Assembly: GCA_951406725.2 (NCBI GenBank)
Contig: OX597840.1
Span: 26,784,001 to 26,848,000 of the forward strand
DNA from: Octopus vulgaris
Lineage: Eukaryota
Direction: 5' to 3'
Length of the DNA: 64,000 nt
Part shown: positions 1-18,339 of the stretch, piece after piece
How positions within the stretch are numbered: position 1 is the first letter of the stretch
Layout: every line of letters begins with the position of its first letter
Notes under the pieces: model-generated
What the model saw: only the letters and a program-made list of their open reading frames with translations
Databases searched by the model: none
What the model was told of the DNA's origin: nothing
Translations under genes and position numbers: made by a program

Positions 1-353
<353 letters not shown>

Positions 354-579
354 ACATATATATATATATGCGTATGTGTATACGTATGTGAAAGGTATTA
401 GGTTATATGAGTCGGTGTGTGTGTATGTGTGTGAGTATGTGAGTGAAGGTGTGTGTTGTGTGTGAGGGCTTTCTATAGCCTCAACAGACATCTTGGTGTC
501 TGGATTGGTGCGTTACCCCCCAGCCCTCGCGTGCACCACCCCACCACAAGATTCGTCTCCCGTCTATTGTCATCACCAG

Positions 580-1262
580 TACGACTACAACCACAGCTAT
601 AACCAACACCACCACCGCGACAACCACCGCTTGTACCCTCATCATCAAAAGGCACTACTAACACCAACACCACAACCACCTCCGCAAAAACCACCACCAC
701 CACCACCACCACCACCACTACTACCGCAGCCGCTGCCGCCACCGCCACCATCACTACACTACCACATCGATGACCACCACTTCAACTATCACCACAACCG
801 CCACCACTATCACCACCACAACCACCACCACCACTACTACCGACATCACCACAGCTACAATCACGATCACCACGATTACCACTACCACTACTACCACTAC
901 TACTGAGATCACCACAACTACCACTACCACCATTACAACCACCATCACTACCACCACCACCACTACTTCTACCGACTCACCACAACTACCACAACCACCA
1001 CCATCACAACCACCATCACTGCCACCACCACCACTACAACCACCACCACCACAACAACCACAACCACCACCATCACAACCACCATCACTACCACCACCAC
1101 CATGACCACCACCACTACCACAACTACCATCACTGCCACCACCGCCAGCACAGCTACCACAACCACCACCATCAAAACTACCACCACCACCACCACCACC
1201 ACTACTTCTACCGACTCACCACAACTACCACAACCACCATCACTACCACCACCACCACTACG
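580..1262. repeat. Degenerate (CCA/CTA)n trinucleotide microsatellite
   Basis: Direct inspection; source of the poly-T/P/H/V ORFs. Confidence 0.95.
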
Positions 1263-1679
1263 ACCCCTCCATGGAGACTTAACCCCCACAATTTTGTCAT
1301 TTTATCTCTAAGCAAAGACGAATACAGTTGTGCTCTTGGAAGCTGAAGAGGCCATCCGAGCATAAAAGATGAGCAGTTTTTGTAATTCAATGGTTCAACA
1401 GTGCAACACTTTGCTTTGACATAAACTTGCATTGTGATTTCTGCAATGTGGTGCATAAATTGTCAAGTAAAGGAGAGGCATCTTTGCCTCCACTGATTCA
1501 GTTGCAAAGTGTTGAGTAAAGTTATTTGATTGCAGACCTCCTTTCAGTCTTTTTATTATCACTCAGTCACACATAGTCCCCAGATGGTAACATTGATTTC
1601 AAGGCCTTCCCAGATGAGTGACTGGTTATTCAAAGACATTTATAAATTGTATATTTATTCTGTCCAGTTACGTATCAGT

Positions 1680-1843
1680 ATATATTTCTTTACTACCCAC
1701 AAGGGGCTAAACATAGAGGGGACAAACAAGGACAGACAAAGTGATTAAGTCGATTACATCGACCCCCAGTACGAAAACTGGTACTTCATTTATCGACCCC
1801 GAAAGGATGAAAGGCAAAGTCGACCTCGGCGGAATTTGAACTC
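1680..1843 (-). mobile_element. SINE family C fragment (Deu/Nin-like central domain, tail type 1)
   Basis: Minus strand reads GAGTTCAAATTCCGCCGAGGTCGACTTTGCCTTTCATCCTTTCGGGGTCGATAAA...CCCCTTGTGGGTAGTAAAGAAATA, as at 22351-22730. Confidence 0.85.
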
Positions 1844-1924
1844 TGGTCATTTGCAAACTACAAAGGTGACACTTTCATTTTTCCTTAGCCTTCACCTCAC
1901 ACAGTAATACACATTCACCTACAC

Positions 1925-2348
1925 TCATAAACACACACACACACACACTACACATACTTACACATACACACACTAACACGTTCATTCGCATACATACACT
2001 CACACATACCCACATAGAGACTCACACGCACATTAACACACAGAGATTAATACGCACACACATTTATACACTCCCATATTCACACACACTCTCACACATC
2101 CGCTACACACACACTCTCTTTCTCTCTCTCTCTCTCTCACACACACACTCTCTTCCTTTCTTTCTTTCTTTCTTTCTTTCTCTCTCTCTCTCTCTCTCAC
2201 ACATACACACACACACTCCCTCTCTCTCACTCTCTCCCTATCTATATCTCTCTATCTCTCCTCCGCTCACTCTCTCTCTTTCTCTCTCTCTCTCTCTAAC
2301 ACTCTCTCTCTCTCCCTCTCCTCTCTCTCTCCTCTCTCTCTCACTCTT

Positions 2349-2384
<36 letters not shown>

Positions 2385-2403
2385 TCTCTCTCTCTCTCTC
2401 ACA

Positions 2404-2457
<54 letters not shown>

Positions 2458-2859
2458 GAGTCACAAAACCGAGGCTCTCTAGCGTTGCTTGGTGTCGTCT
2501 GCCTTCAGTGAAATGTCTTTGTGTTGCAACTCCTTCTGCTTTATGTTGTTGAGCCGGGTAGAGGAGAGGTGGGAGGTAAAGGATTGACTAGGAAATGGGC
2601 GACGGCGGCGGCGGTGGGGGATGCTAGTTGTGGTGGTGATGGCGATGGTGATGGTGATAATGATGGTGGTGGTGGTATACTGTAGTATTGCGGTGTTATT
2701 GTTTAGCCCCAGGTCAGTCCTGATCCAGCAACAGGACTACTAGTAGTAGTAGTTGTTGTTGTTATTGTTGTTATAGTAGTCGTAGTAGCAGCAGCAGCGA
2801 CAGTAGTAGTAGTAGTAGTAGCAGCAGCAACAGTATTATTATTATTATTATTATTATCA

Positions 2860-2894
<35 letters not shown>

Positions 2895-2905
2895 ATTATT
2901 ATTAT

Positions 2906-2969
<64 letters not shown>

Positions 2970-2973
2970 ATTA

Positions 2974-3022
<49 letters not shown>

Positions 3023-3024
3023 CA

Positions 3025-3122
<98 letters not shown>

Positions 3123-3170
3123 TGTTGTTGTTGTTGTTGTTGTTTGGTGGTGGTGGTGGTGATGGTGGTG
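1925..3170. repeat. Compound microsatellites (CA)n, (CT)n, (TAG)n, (TAT)n with a short unique spacer
   Basis: Direct inspection. Confidence 0.9.
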
Positions 3171-3171
3171 T

Positions 3172-4650
3172 TTAGCTACGAAATTTAACATCAAAGATAG
3201 AGCAAACCGCCTCGTCTCACGAAAACCTTTTGTAACCCCTTGAAGGACCATAACGATGATTTTACTTAAAATCTAGTCTGTAGACTAAAGAAAAAATCCC
3301 CCATAAAGCAAAATCGGCATAATCTGCAACGTTAAACTAGTCAACATCAAGCGACACATCAGAACCACAAGAAGTCTCGCCCAGTGGTTAAAGAAAATTA
3401 AAGATGATCCCAAATGCAAGATTCTTCAATTCGACAATCGCGGAGTTTTAACCCCTCCAGGGGTACTCAAGTTCAGCAAAACCTATACAACTGTTACTGA
3501 CACCGATATAGCTATTAAATATAATGACGATAATGGAATCATTGCGCTTTTCATGATAATATTGGGTGGAAAAGAATGGAGACGAACATGATGTCACTGT
3601 GGTGAGCCATAAATAAACAGAGGTAGCGGATCTGGTTGGCCTCTACAACCCTCATATCCTTAACAATGAAATAAAGGACGCCAGCGTAGGTTTATATAGG
3701 AACGACCGATTAGGAGTGGTGCATAATGAGAATGGATATGATAAGAAAAAAAAATTACACAAAATATTTGATCATCCCAACTTACAAACTACAATTAACC
3801 TTAATCTTAAAGAGGCTAATTTCCTAGACATTAATATGAATCTTAGTACAGACAAATTTAAAACATTACATAAGATAGATGGGAATACTTCCCACATTGA
3901 CAGACGCCCTAACCATCCATCATAAATGTTTAAACAATTAGTTAAGAGCGTTAGTAGGCGTTTTTCCAAATTATCCTCTGATGTAACCACTTTCAAAAAG
4001 GCAGCCCAGTAATATAAATCTGTATTAGAAAGACCAAGATTTAAGACCAATATAACCCGGTGCAGATGTAGGAAGATTTTGTGGAATAATTCTCCATACA
4101 GTATGAACGTGGCTACATATCTCCTTCCCATATTTGCAAATGCATTACAATATCTTTAATAGAAATACGGTTAAAATTAACTATAGTTGCTTAATGATCT
4201 TCAACCGCTATAAGGAAAATAGCATTAGGAACACCCTCATAGATCTTGTAATTGTAGATCACTCGATAACTGTCTTGTGAACTATATATGCCTCGAAAAA
4301 AGAATGGTTTATGTCACTGACATGGATGGAACCATAACAACTTACGTTGCAATGACTGGAAGTACTTCGAAGAAAAGATACATACCGCACCTGGCATCAT
4401 TTAGAGATAGGAACAAAAGGCATACGGCTTTGGCTAATATGTCAAGGAACCTTAAAGACAAGTGAGTAAATACCCTCCTTCCGATAAGTAGGAGCATCAT
4501 GGATAAAGCCGGCAAATATAAGGAACAAGGCAGCAGATGTAACCTTTGTGTCACAGAGAAATTTAACATCATAATTTCAACAGCAACCACGTTCAACAAA
4601 AGGCAAGAAACCGCCACCCCTAAAATACACAAACAACAATTTAAAGCGCC
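3172..4650 (+). mobile_element. Decayed Penelope-like retroelement ORF (reverse transcriptase plus GIY-YIG endonuclease), frameshifted with stops
   Basis: Hand translation gives KCKILQFD, DVTV..H..TEVADLVGLY (cf. DVTMGSYDGAEVCELVGLY), VGLYRNDRLG (cf. GLYRDDGL), NLKEANFLDINMNL, NHPS, RKILWNNSPYSMNVAT, IFNRNTVKINYSC, CNCR..C..CL..VY, YVAMT..KKRY..H..SFR and CNLC.TEK. These PLE RT and GIY-YIG motifs are in the correct order. Confidence 0.9.
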
Positions 4651-4892
4651 GAATTTCAAGCACAATCCCCCTTCCACTTTATCACGTATCCAATCAGAAG
4701 AAATTTATGACGTAATATTGTCGGTTGCATGCAGAATATACAGAATAAACATAGTCCCATCCCAAATAGGTTACCAACATTTCTAGGTGTAACACTTGAC
4801 GAATTGTGAATTTCTTTCCACACGAAACCATTGGCAGTACTGTTAATCATCAAATACAAAATATTTATCCTCCAAATGCAATGTTGAGCGCA

Positions 4893-5031
<139 letters not shown>

Positions 5032-5108
5032 CGAATATATGATTTATAAACATCTCCATGTGCTTCGCCGGGTAGTGTTGGTCGTTTATTTATGATGTGT
5101 TCAGAATC

Positions 5109-5175
5109 AGTTCTACTGATGAGCATAGACGCATTTTTTATGCGGTAAGTGTGAAATCACAGGTGATATAGAACT
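5109..5175 (+). ncRNA. Type I hammerhead ribozyme (PLE-associated)
   Basis: Stem I AGTTCTA (5109-15)/TAGAACT (5169-75) is a perfect 7 bp. CTGATGA 5116-22; GAAA 5153-56; stem III TCAC-AG-GTGA; cleavage triplet AUA. Confidence 0.85.
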
Positions 5176-5359
5176 AAATTAATTTTTTAAATGTCTTGCT
5201 TTGAAAAACTGCATTAGGTACATTAGTGAAATTTTGGTAGTAATGACTTATGTCCCTCTTAGTGTGAGGCATTTATGTGTAATAATGCCCTCTATACAAT
5301 ATATATATATATATGTATATATACATGCATACATAAATACATACATATATATATATGTG

Positions 5360-10625
<5,266 letters not shown>

Positions 10626-10954
10626 CGCTCTCAAACACCACTTTCTCTATTCAGATGACCCCCATAACACGTGTGTTTGAAAAGCTCTAAACAACGAAAG
10701 CTCTTACAGAGTACGAAAACTTCTTTCTAAAAGATTTGTGTCACTCTGGGATTATCAAAGGGTTTTTATTGTAATTAATAATTTTTAATTTAAGAAAAAC
10801 TTTCCTTTCTTATAAGCAATGACTAGCATTTTTTTTTCTAATTCGTTCTGATTTGATTCTCACTGTTCACTATACATTTAACAATTTATTATTGATTGGC
10901 AGATATCAGTACGAATCAGAAAACAGGTTTCCGTTGAAGTTGTAAACAAGAGCC

Positions 10955-11000
10955 TCAGGCTGACGAGACACAGCAATGTCGAAATACCGAGTATTCCAGA
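10955..11000 (+). ncRNA. Type I hammerhead ribozyme-like motif
   Basis: CTGACGA 10960-66; stem II GACA/TGTC; GAAA 10981-84; stem III TAC-CGA-GTA; then TT. Stem I TCAGG/CCAGA has one mismatch. Confidence 0.7.
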
Positions 11001-11234
11001 ATCTCTTGCGCTAATGTATCGAGTATGTTATGAACGCATAGTTGTCGTTAAGGAGAAACAAACTGCCCTCCTATGAAAAACACACAGCAGCGATTAGCAT
11101 ATTTGCGTTCGAATCTGCCGGAAGAAACGTACCGAGAGTAAACAGGCAAGCTTCCGTTTCGATTCTAGCTGTTTACCGTGCATATGAGGATTTATTATTC
11201 TTTCAAAAATGTGTGTGTCTGTGAGTGTTCCCCA

Positions 11235-11400
11235 TATGTCAGATAATCACAATGCGCTTCCAGTTCTGTTTGGATTGCGCCATTCTTTTCCACCTTGTCC
11301 CAAATTGCTCGACTAAATCGTCGTCTTATTGTCGTGGGGGCCTCCCAAGTAGACATTTCTGATGTCTCAGGACCGCAGTAAGAACCATAGAGGCGCTAAG
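11235..11400 (-). mobile_element. RTE-clade LINE 3' fragment
   Basis: Minus strand translates LGRPPRQ*DDDLVEQFGTRWKRMAQSKQNWKR, resembling the RTE C-terminal GRPPxRWxDD..W...AQDRxxW motif. Confidence 0.6.
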
Positions 11401-11447
11401 GTTTTAAAAGATTTTGGTGCCCCCATATATATGTAATTCAAAATATA

Positions 11448-11812
11448 CTACGGCACTCCGTCGGTTACGATCACGAGGGTTTTAGTTGATCCGATCATCA
11501 GACCATCTTGCTCGTGAAATTAACGTACAAGTGGCTGATCACTCCACAGACACGTGTACCCTTAACGTAGTTCTCGGGGAGATTCAGCGTGACACAGAGT
11601 GTGACAAGGCTGGCCCTTTGAAATACAGGTACCACAGAAACAGGAAGAAAGAGTAAAAGTTGTGTGAAAGAGTACAACAGAGTTCGCCAGCACCCGTTGG
11701 CAGAGCCTCGTGGAGCTTTAGGTGTTTTCGTTCAATAAACACCTACAACGCCCGGTCTGGGAATCGAAACCGCGATCCTATGACCGCGAGTCCACCACCC
11801 TAACTACTGGAC
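11448..11812 (-). mobile_element. SINE family B (tRNA-derived), slightly 5'-truncated
   Basis: Reverse complement of 19421-19808. Direct repeat CAAAATATA at 11439-47 and 11813-21 (TSD). Confidence 0.9.
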
Positions 11813-12020
11813 CAAAATATAAACAATAATAAACCATAAAATGAATTTTTGTTAAATATGAAACAAAGCTAAAAGTAAAATGGAAAACAATGTTTATTTT
11901 CGTATACTTACATTTTATTTATATTTGTAAAATTTTCTCCTATTATCACTTTGTGATTTAGATTGTAAATATTCTTCAGTGTAAGTAAAGCTTTTTATTA
12001 TATTTTTATTACTATTAAAT

Positions 12021-12136
<116 letters not shown>

Positions 12137-12985
12137 GTACTTTTTTCGCAAATAATTTTATAAACGATAAGTAAAACGTTTTTAGTTTTGGAATTTTTTA
12201 TTTTTTATTTCATAAATATTTTCGGAATGATATCTATAATATTTGTTTAAGTAATAATAGAGTAATTTATTTATTTATTTATATGTTTATTGATTGAAAA
12301 AAATATGGATTTCTAATTGCTATATTCGTTGATTATTATTTAGATACGTACTTTTATATAATTTTATAATTTTGTTATTTTATAATTATTATATGTGAAC
12401 TAAAATCTAAAAATATTAAGTGTGATTGTTTTGTAAAATAGTTTGTGAATTAAAATATTAGAGTATAGCTACTGTAAAGATATTCTATAGTTTATTGTTT
12501 TTTCTTAAAGCTAAATTATATCTTCACAGATAAATAAATTTTCTATCTATTTACTCTATTTTTTTACCTTAAATATTTAACATGATAAATGTATTATAGA
12601 CACCTGGTCCTAATGATTTAAGTTTCAAATTTAGTTAAAGGAGTTTCTTCTATAAGAACAATTATGATTTTATTTCTTTAAGAAAAATTATTTAATTCTA
12701 TTTGATTATTTATTTAACTATTATTGTTATTATTGTTGACCTGAGGAGTGACTATAATTTTAAATTGAATTATTTTTCGATTAAATTTAAATTTAGTTGT
12801 AATTCGAATTTAAATTATAGCCATGAAACGTCCGTAATCTTTTTACTTATTATATATAGTTTATTCATTTTGTACTTTTTGTGATCTAGTTATATGTTTT
12901 AAAATATATTTTATTTTTTATTTATGATTTGGTTTATGTCTATCATTGTTTGAATTGCATAGTAGTGGTTTTTCTCTAAATTATA

Positions 12986-13042
<57 letters not shown>

Positions 13043-13044
<2 letters not shown>

Positions 13045-13228
13045 TTAATTTAAAGCAGCAGAAAATTCAAAAAACCTGTTACTCTGAGTTTCACGTTCCC
13101 GTGAACGTGAAACTCACAGTAACAGGTTTTGTTGAATTTTTCTGCTGCTTTAAATAAAGCATATTACTCTACCACTGGTATTTGAGTACTGTTTTTTCCA
13201 CCTTGTTTCACATTTATGTGTATACTCC

Positions 13229-13230
<2 letters not shown>
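13043..13230 (+). mobile_element. (TA)n-flanked fold-back element containing the 3' half of a hammerhead
   Basis: Inverted repeat 13048-13098/13103-13155. The left arm on the minus strand reads ACG-GGAA-CGT GAAA CTC-A-GAG TA ACAGG. Confidence 0.7.
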
Positions 13231-13301
<71 letters not shown>

Positions 13302-13305
13302 GTAT

Positions 13306-13339
<34 letters not shown>

Positions 13340-13537
13340 TGTATGTATCTATGTATGTGTAGACAGATAGATAGACAGACAGATAAATAGATAGGCAGAC
13401 ACACAGACATAAAAGATAGATAGATAGATAGATAGATAAACAGACAGACAGACAGACAAATAGACAGACAGACAGGCAGACAGATGGGCAGACAGACAGA
13501 CGGACGGATGGACAAACAGACAGACAGACAAATAGAC

Positions 13538-13583
<46 letters not shown>

Positions 13584-13991
13584 TTGTGTATATATATGAG
13601 ATAGTGTTTAATGTTTCAGACAAACGCACACACACGCATGCACACACACACATGCACACACATGTGTCCATATGCGTATGTATGCGTGCGTGCGTGCGTG
13701 CATACATATACAAACACGTAGGCATATGCATATACATGCATCTCTACGTAGCGCGTCTGTGTATGTTATGTGTGTGCGTGTATGAAATCGATATCAATAT
13801 TTGTATATCTTTATCAACAGAATGACATCTGTCAGGTCATGTTAGCTATATTCACCAACGACACGTGTCTCGGCGGGTTGTTATGGTTATAAAGTATAAA
13901 CAATGAACAACAAAACAATGTCACGCTGATTAACAGAATAAAAAATATATTTATACACCAAAGTCAAATTTACTTTTAGCGAAAGTAGATG

Positions 13992-14151
<160 letters not shown>

Positions 14152-14225
14152 CACTATGTTTCTTTATTTTCCGAGAGAGAAAGGTATGAAGAGAAGTGAA
14201 ACGGAAAGAACAAAGCATTTTGAAA

Positions 14226-14312
14226 ATCACCCTGATGAAGTGGAGATCTAATTAAATACATCGGTCAACGCTCATTGACGTAATTCGACTCATTGAAACA
14301 CGTGTAAGAATG
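14226..14312 (+). ncRNA. Decayed hammerhead ribozyme in a (TA)n-flanked element
   Basis: CTGATGA 14232-38; GAAA 14295-98; palindromic stem III CACGTG; TA. Stem II AGTGGAG/CTCATT is plausible; stem I is poor. Confidence 0.5.
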
Positions 14313-14550
14313 CTAACAGCTAATGATTTCAGAGTTAAATCTTCATCTTCGCTTTACCACAATGTGTGCGAATACATGTATGTGTATATATATATCTATA
14401 TATACATGTATGTGACTGCGTGTGTATCGTTGGCGATTTTTTTCCTCCGTCTTCCCTTCCTTGGATCTTTCCTTTTCCTATGTTTCTGACAGACAGACAG
14501 GCAGACAGACAGACAGACAGACGGACGGATGGACAGACAGACAGACAGAC

Positions 14551-14588
<38 letters not shown>

Positions 14589-14803
14589 TTGTGTATATAT
14601 ATGAGATAGTGTTTAATGTTTCAGAAAACGCACACACACGCATGCACACACACACATGCCCACATGTTCGAAACGTTAAATCCTCCTTCTTTTTTTCATT
14701 TCCTGAGCCTCCAATAACACTATACTTGTTCCACTTCCTCGCGTTGTTGTGTTTTCTCTTTGTTTGGATTAACTTTATATACATATATACATACATACAT
14801 ACA

Positions 14804-14885
<82 letters not shown>

Positions 14886-15436
14886 TAAAAAATAAGAAAA
14901 TGGAGAAATGCATCCAAATCAAATATCAACTACCAGATAATACCCAAATCACATACTTTATTAAACCACCACAAAAGAAACTTTAAGGTCAAACATAATA
15001 ATATATGACAAGACAGCGTACATAAAGGAGTATACACAAAGGAGTAATATGATACAATAAGTACAATATGTATAAGAGAATATAAATATAAATAAATATA
15101 AATATAAATATAAACTACATCTTACAGCTGTTTCGGCCCTGCAGATAAGTATGTTTCATTTTACTTATATTAGCCATTTCTGGTAGTTGATATTTGAATT
15201 GGGATGTATTTCTCCATTTTCTTATTTTGTACTATGAATTTGTGGTAAAACACTTTACCTTTGCCCATATAATACAGTAAATGAATTAATTGCATCGCAA
15301 TTCTTAAGATTCATGTATTAACTTTGTTGGGTACTTCACTGGGAGTATATTGGATATATGTTATCCCATGGAGGGTTGCATTTACAACCCCTATCTCAAT
15401 TTGCATATATTATATATATATATAAAAACTGTCTGA

Positions 15437-15498
<62 letters not shown>

Positions 15499-15503
15499 GT
15501 GCA

Positions 15504-15561
<58 letters not shown>

Positions 15562-15564
<3 letters not shown>

Positions 15565-15705
15565 TTTACTCTTTTACTTGTTTCAGTCATTTGACTGCGG
15601 CCATGCTGGAGCACCGCCTTTAGTCGAGCAAATCGACCCCGGAACTTATTCTTTGTAAGTCCAGTACTTATTCTATCGGTCTCTTATGCCGAACCGCTAA
15701 GTGAC
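15562..15705 (-). mobile_element. SINE family A, 3' fragment
   Basis: Matches the family A tail. Confidence 0.9.
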
Positions 15706-16293
15706 ATATATGAACAAACACACACAGACACACGCTTTTACACACACACAGTCACACACAGAGGAGCAACACTACCGCACATACCGGTATATTTCATCCG
15801 GATAAAGTAGATACGTGGTTCGCATCTCGAGGGTGAGTATCCACCTTTTTCTGAATATAAGTTTCAGACCGTGGTTGGTGGGTGTCAGTTTAAAAGCCAT
15901 ATATTCTATGGTTTATTAGTTATAAGTTATATTTGCAGTTGAGAATCCTCGTAAGATAATTAATTTTCGTGCATGTACTTATATAACATATATACACAAG
16001 CACACACACACACACATACATACATACATACATACACTGTCACACACACACATACATATATACATACATGCATACATACCTACACTATCACACCTACTAC
16101 ACTTACCAGTTATCATCGTCACTAGCAAACGATGCTTTCGTCATCACGATCATCGTCATCACAATTCGTCGTCATCATCATCGTCATCATCACCGTCATC
16201 ATCACGATTCGTCATCATCATCATCATCATAATCCTCACCATCATCAATGTTGTCATTACCATCATCATCGTTATTATATCATCGTCATCGTG

Positions 16294-16324
<31 letters not shown>

Positions 16325-16435
16325 ATACCATCATCACCATCATTGTTATCACCATCACCACCATCATCCTCGTCATTACCACCACCACCACCACCACCAC
16401 CACCACCACCACTACCATCACCATCATCATCATCA

Positions 16436-16474
<39 letters not shown>

Positions 16475-16637
16475 TTGTCCCCGTCATTCCCCTACCGATA
16501 TTTAATCAAACCTTCCAATTTCCACCTTAACCCCCCCACACCCACACCCACACCCACACCACCACCACCACTACCACCATCACCATAACCCTCACCCCCA
16601 CCGCCACTACCCGTGACCTCTTAATTTCGACCCCTAA

Positions 16638-16691
16638 CCCGCCCCGTACTCCCTTCCACCTTCCTATCGAACACTTTCTCACAGCCAATCA
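16638..16691. promoter_or_regulatory. GC box plus CCAAT box (candidate proximal promoter motifs)
   Basis: CCCGCCCC 16638-45 and AGCCAATCA 16683-91 in unique sequence. A YY1-like CGCCATTTTG lies at 17047-56. Motif evidence only. Confidence 0.3.
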
Positions 16692-16878
16692 ACCGACTAA
16701 CTCTCTCCCCACCGTCACTCACCCCCACCCCCTTCACCCTCCTACCCCAACTAATCGTCTGCCTTTCCACTATGCTGCTGCTCCTTTCATTAAAAACAGA
16801 CGACAATTGTTCGCCATACTTATTATTATCAATTACATCTCAGATTTTTTTTTTCAACAAATACAAAATAATAATAAC

Positions 16879-16945
<67 letters not shown>

Positions 16946-17103
16946 GCAACAACAACAACAACAACTAACGAACAGCGACAATAACAACAAAGAACCAGCA
17001 TAAAAACAAAGTCAAAAATCCTCCTTCATTAACTTATCTTCTCAAACGCCATTTTGATTTTCTCTGCCGTCTTTGTCTTAAGTTTTTTCTTTATGTATCC
17101 TTC

Positions 17104-17134
<31 letters not shown>

Positions 17135-17900
17135 CTTCTTCTTCTTCTTCTTCTTCTTCTTCTTCTTCTTCTTCTTCTTCTTCTTCTTCTTCTTCTTCTT
17201 CTTCTTCTTCTTCTTCTTCTTCTTCTTCTTCTTCTTCTTCTTCTTCTTCTTCTTCTTCTTCCTCCTACTCCTTCTTCTGTCTGACTGTCGATCAATCTCC
17301 TTTTTCTTCTTCTTTCCTTTCTTTATTTGCCTCATTCTTTCCTTCTTTCTGTCATCCTTTCCTTTTTTCTTTCTTTTAATTCATTTCTGTCTTTCTTTCC
17401 TTCGTTCCGTAATTTCTTTGCTTCTTTCTGTCTGTTTTTTTTTCTCATTCATTAACTCACTAATTTATTTCTTCCTTTCTTTCTTTCATTTCTTTACTTC
17501 TTTTTTCCTTCATCTCTTCTTTCCTTTCTTCCGCTTTTCATTCATTTCGTCCTCTCTTTCCTTAATTTCTCACCTTACTTTTCTTTTTCATTCATTCATT
17601 TCTATATTTTCTTCATTTCTTTCTTCCTTTTCTTTCCTCCTTTCTTTCATTCATTCATTCAATGCTTTCTTTCCTTCTATCTTTCTTCGTTCATTTCTTT
17701 CCTTCTTACTTTTCATTTCCTTTATTCCTTCGTTCCTGAATTTCTTTTTCTCTTAATTCGTTCACTAATTCGTTCCTTTCCTTCATTTCTTTCCTACATT
17801 CCTCTTCCTTTAATTTCTTTCTTTTCTTCTGTCCTTCATTTCTTTGTCTCCTTCATTTCCCCCCTTCTTTTTCATTTCTTTCCGTTTTCCTTCATTTCCT
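17104..17900. repeat. (CTT)n microsatellite and polypyrimidine low-complexity tract
   Basis: Direct inspection. Confidence 0.9.
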
Positions 17901-18339
17901 TGTTGCTCTTGGCTCTATTGTACTTCTCTCGTTATGGCCCCTTGTAGCCCTTTAAGGGCAGGTATTAACAGCTGTCGTTCAGGTTTTTGAATTTTCATCC
18001 TTGACCCCTTGCACAACATTCTGCTATACATGTGTCCCTGCCTGGAACTGAACCTCTCTTAACTCCTGTGGTGTTGCATTAAAGAAACTACCCTATTTAA
18101 TGAACCTCTATCAAGGATTGAATTATGCTTACGAGCACTGTATCCCATTTTCCCGTATTTTCCAGATACCCCACAGGTAGATCGGTTTCCGTTCAGCTTC
18201 TGTCCCTCCTGTGCCCCCGTGCACATTGGGCAACAAGTTCACGCCATTGGTTTCTGTCGGTTGCGGTTTTCCCTCCATCCGGTCATGTGATATTGGCCCC
18301 TCGCATGTCAGTTACGAACGTTTTGATCAATATGGAGAT

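Noticed and set aside
10650-10720. CAGATGA..CGAAAGCTCTTACAGAGTA as a possible hammerhead
   Set aside because: The core is mismatched and there is no convincing stem I or II.
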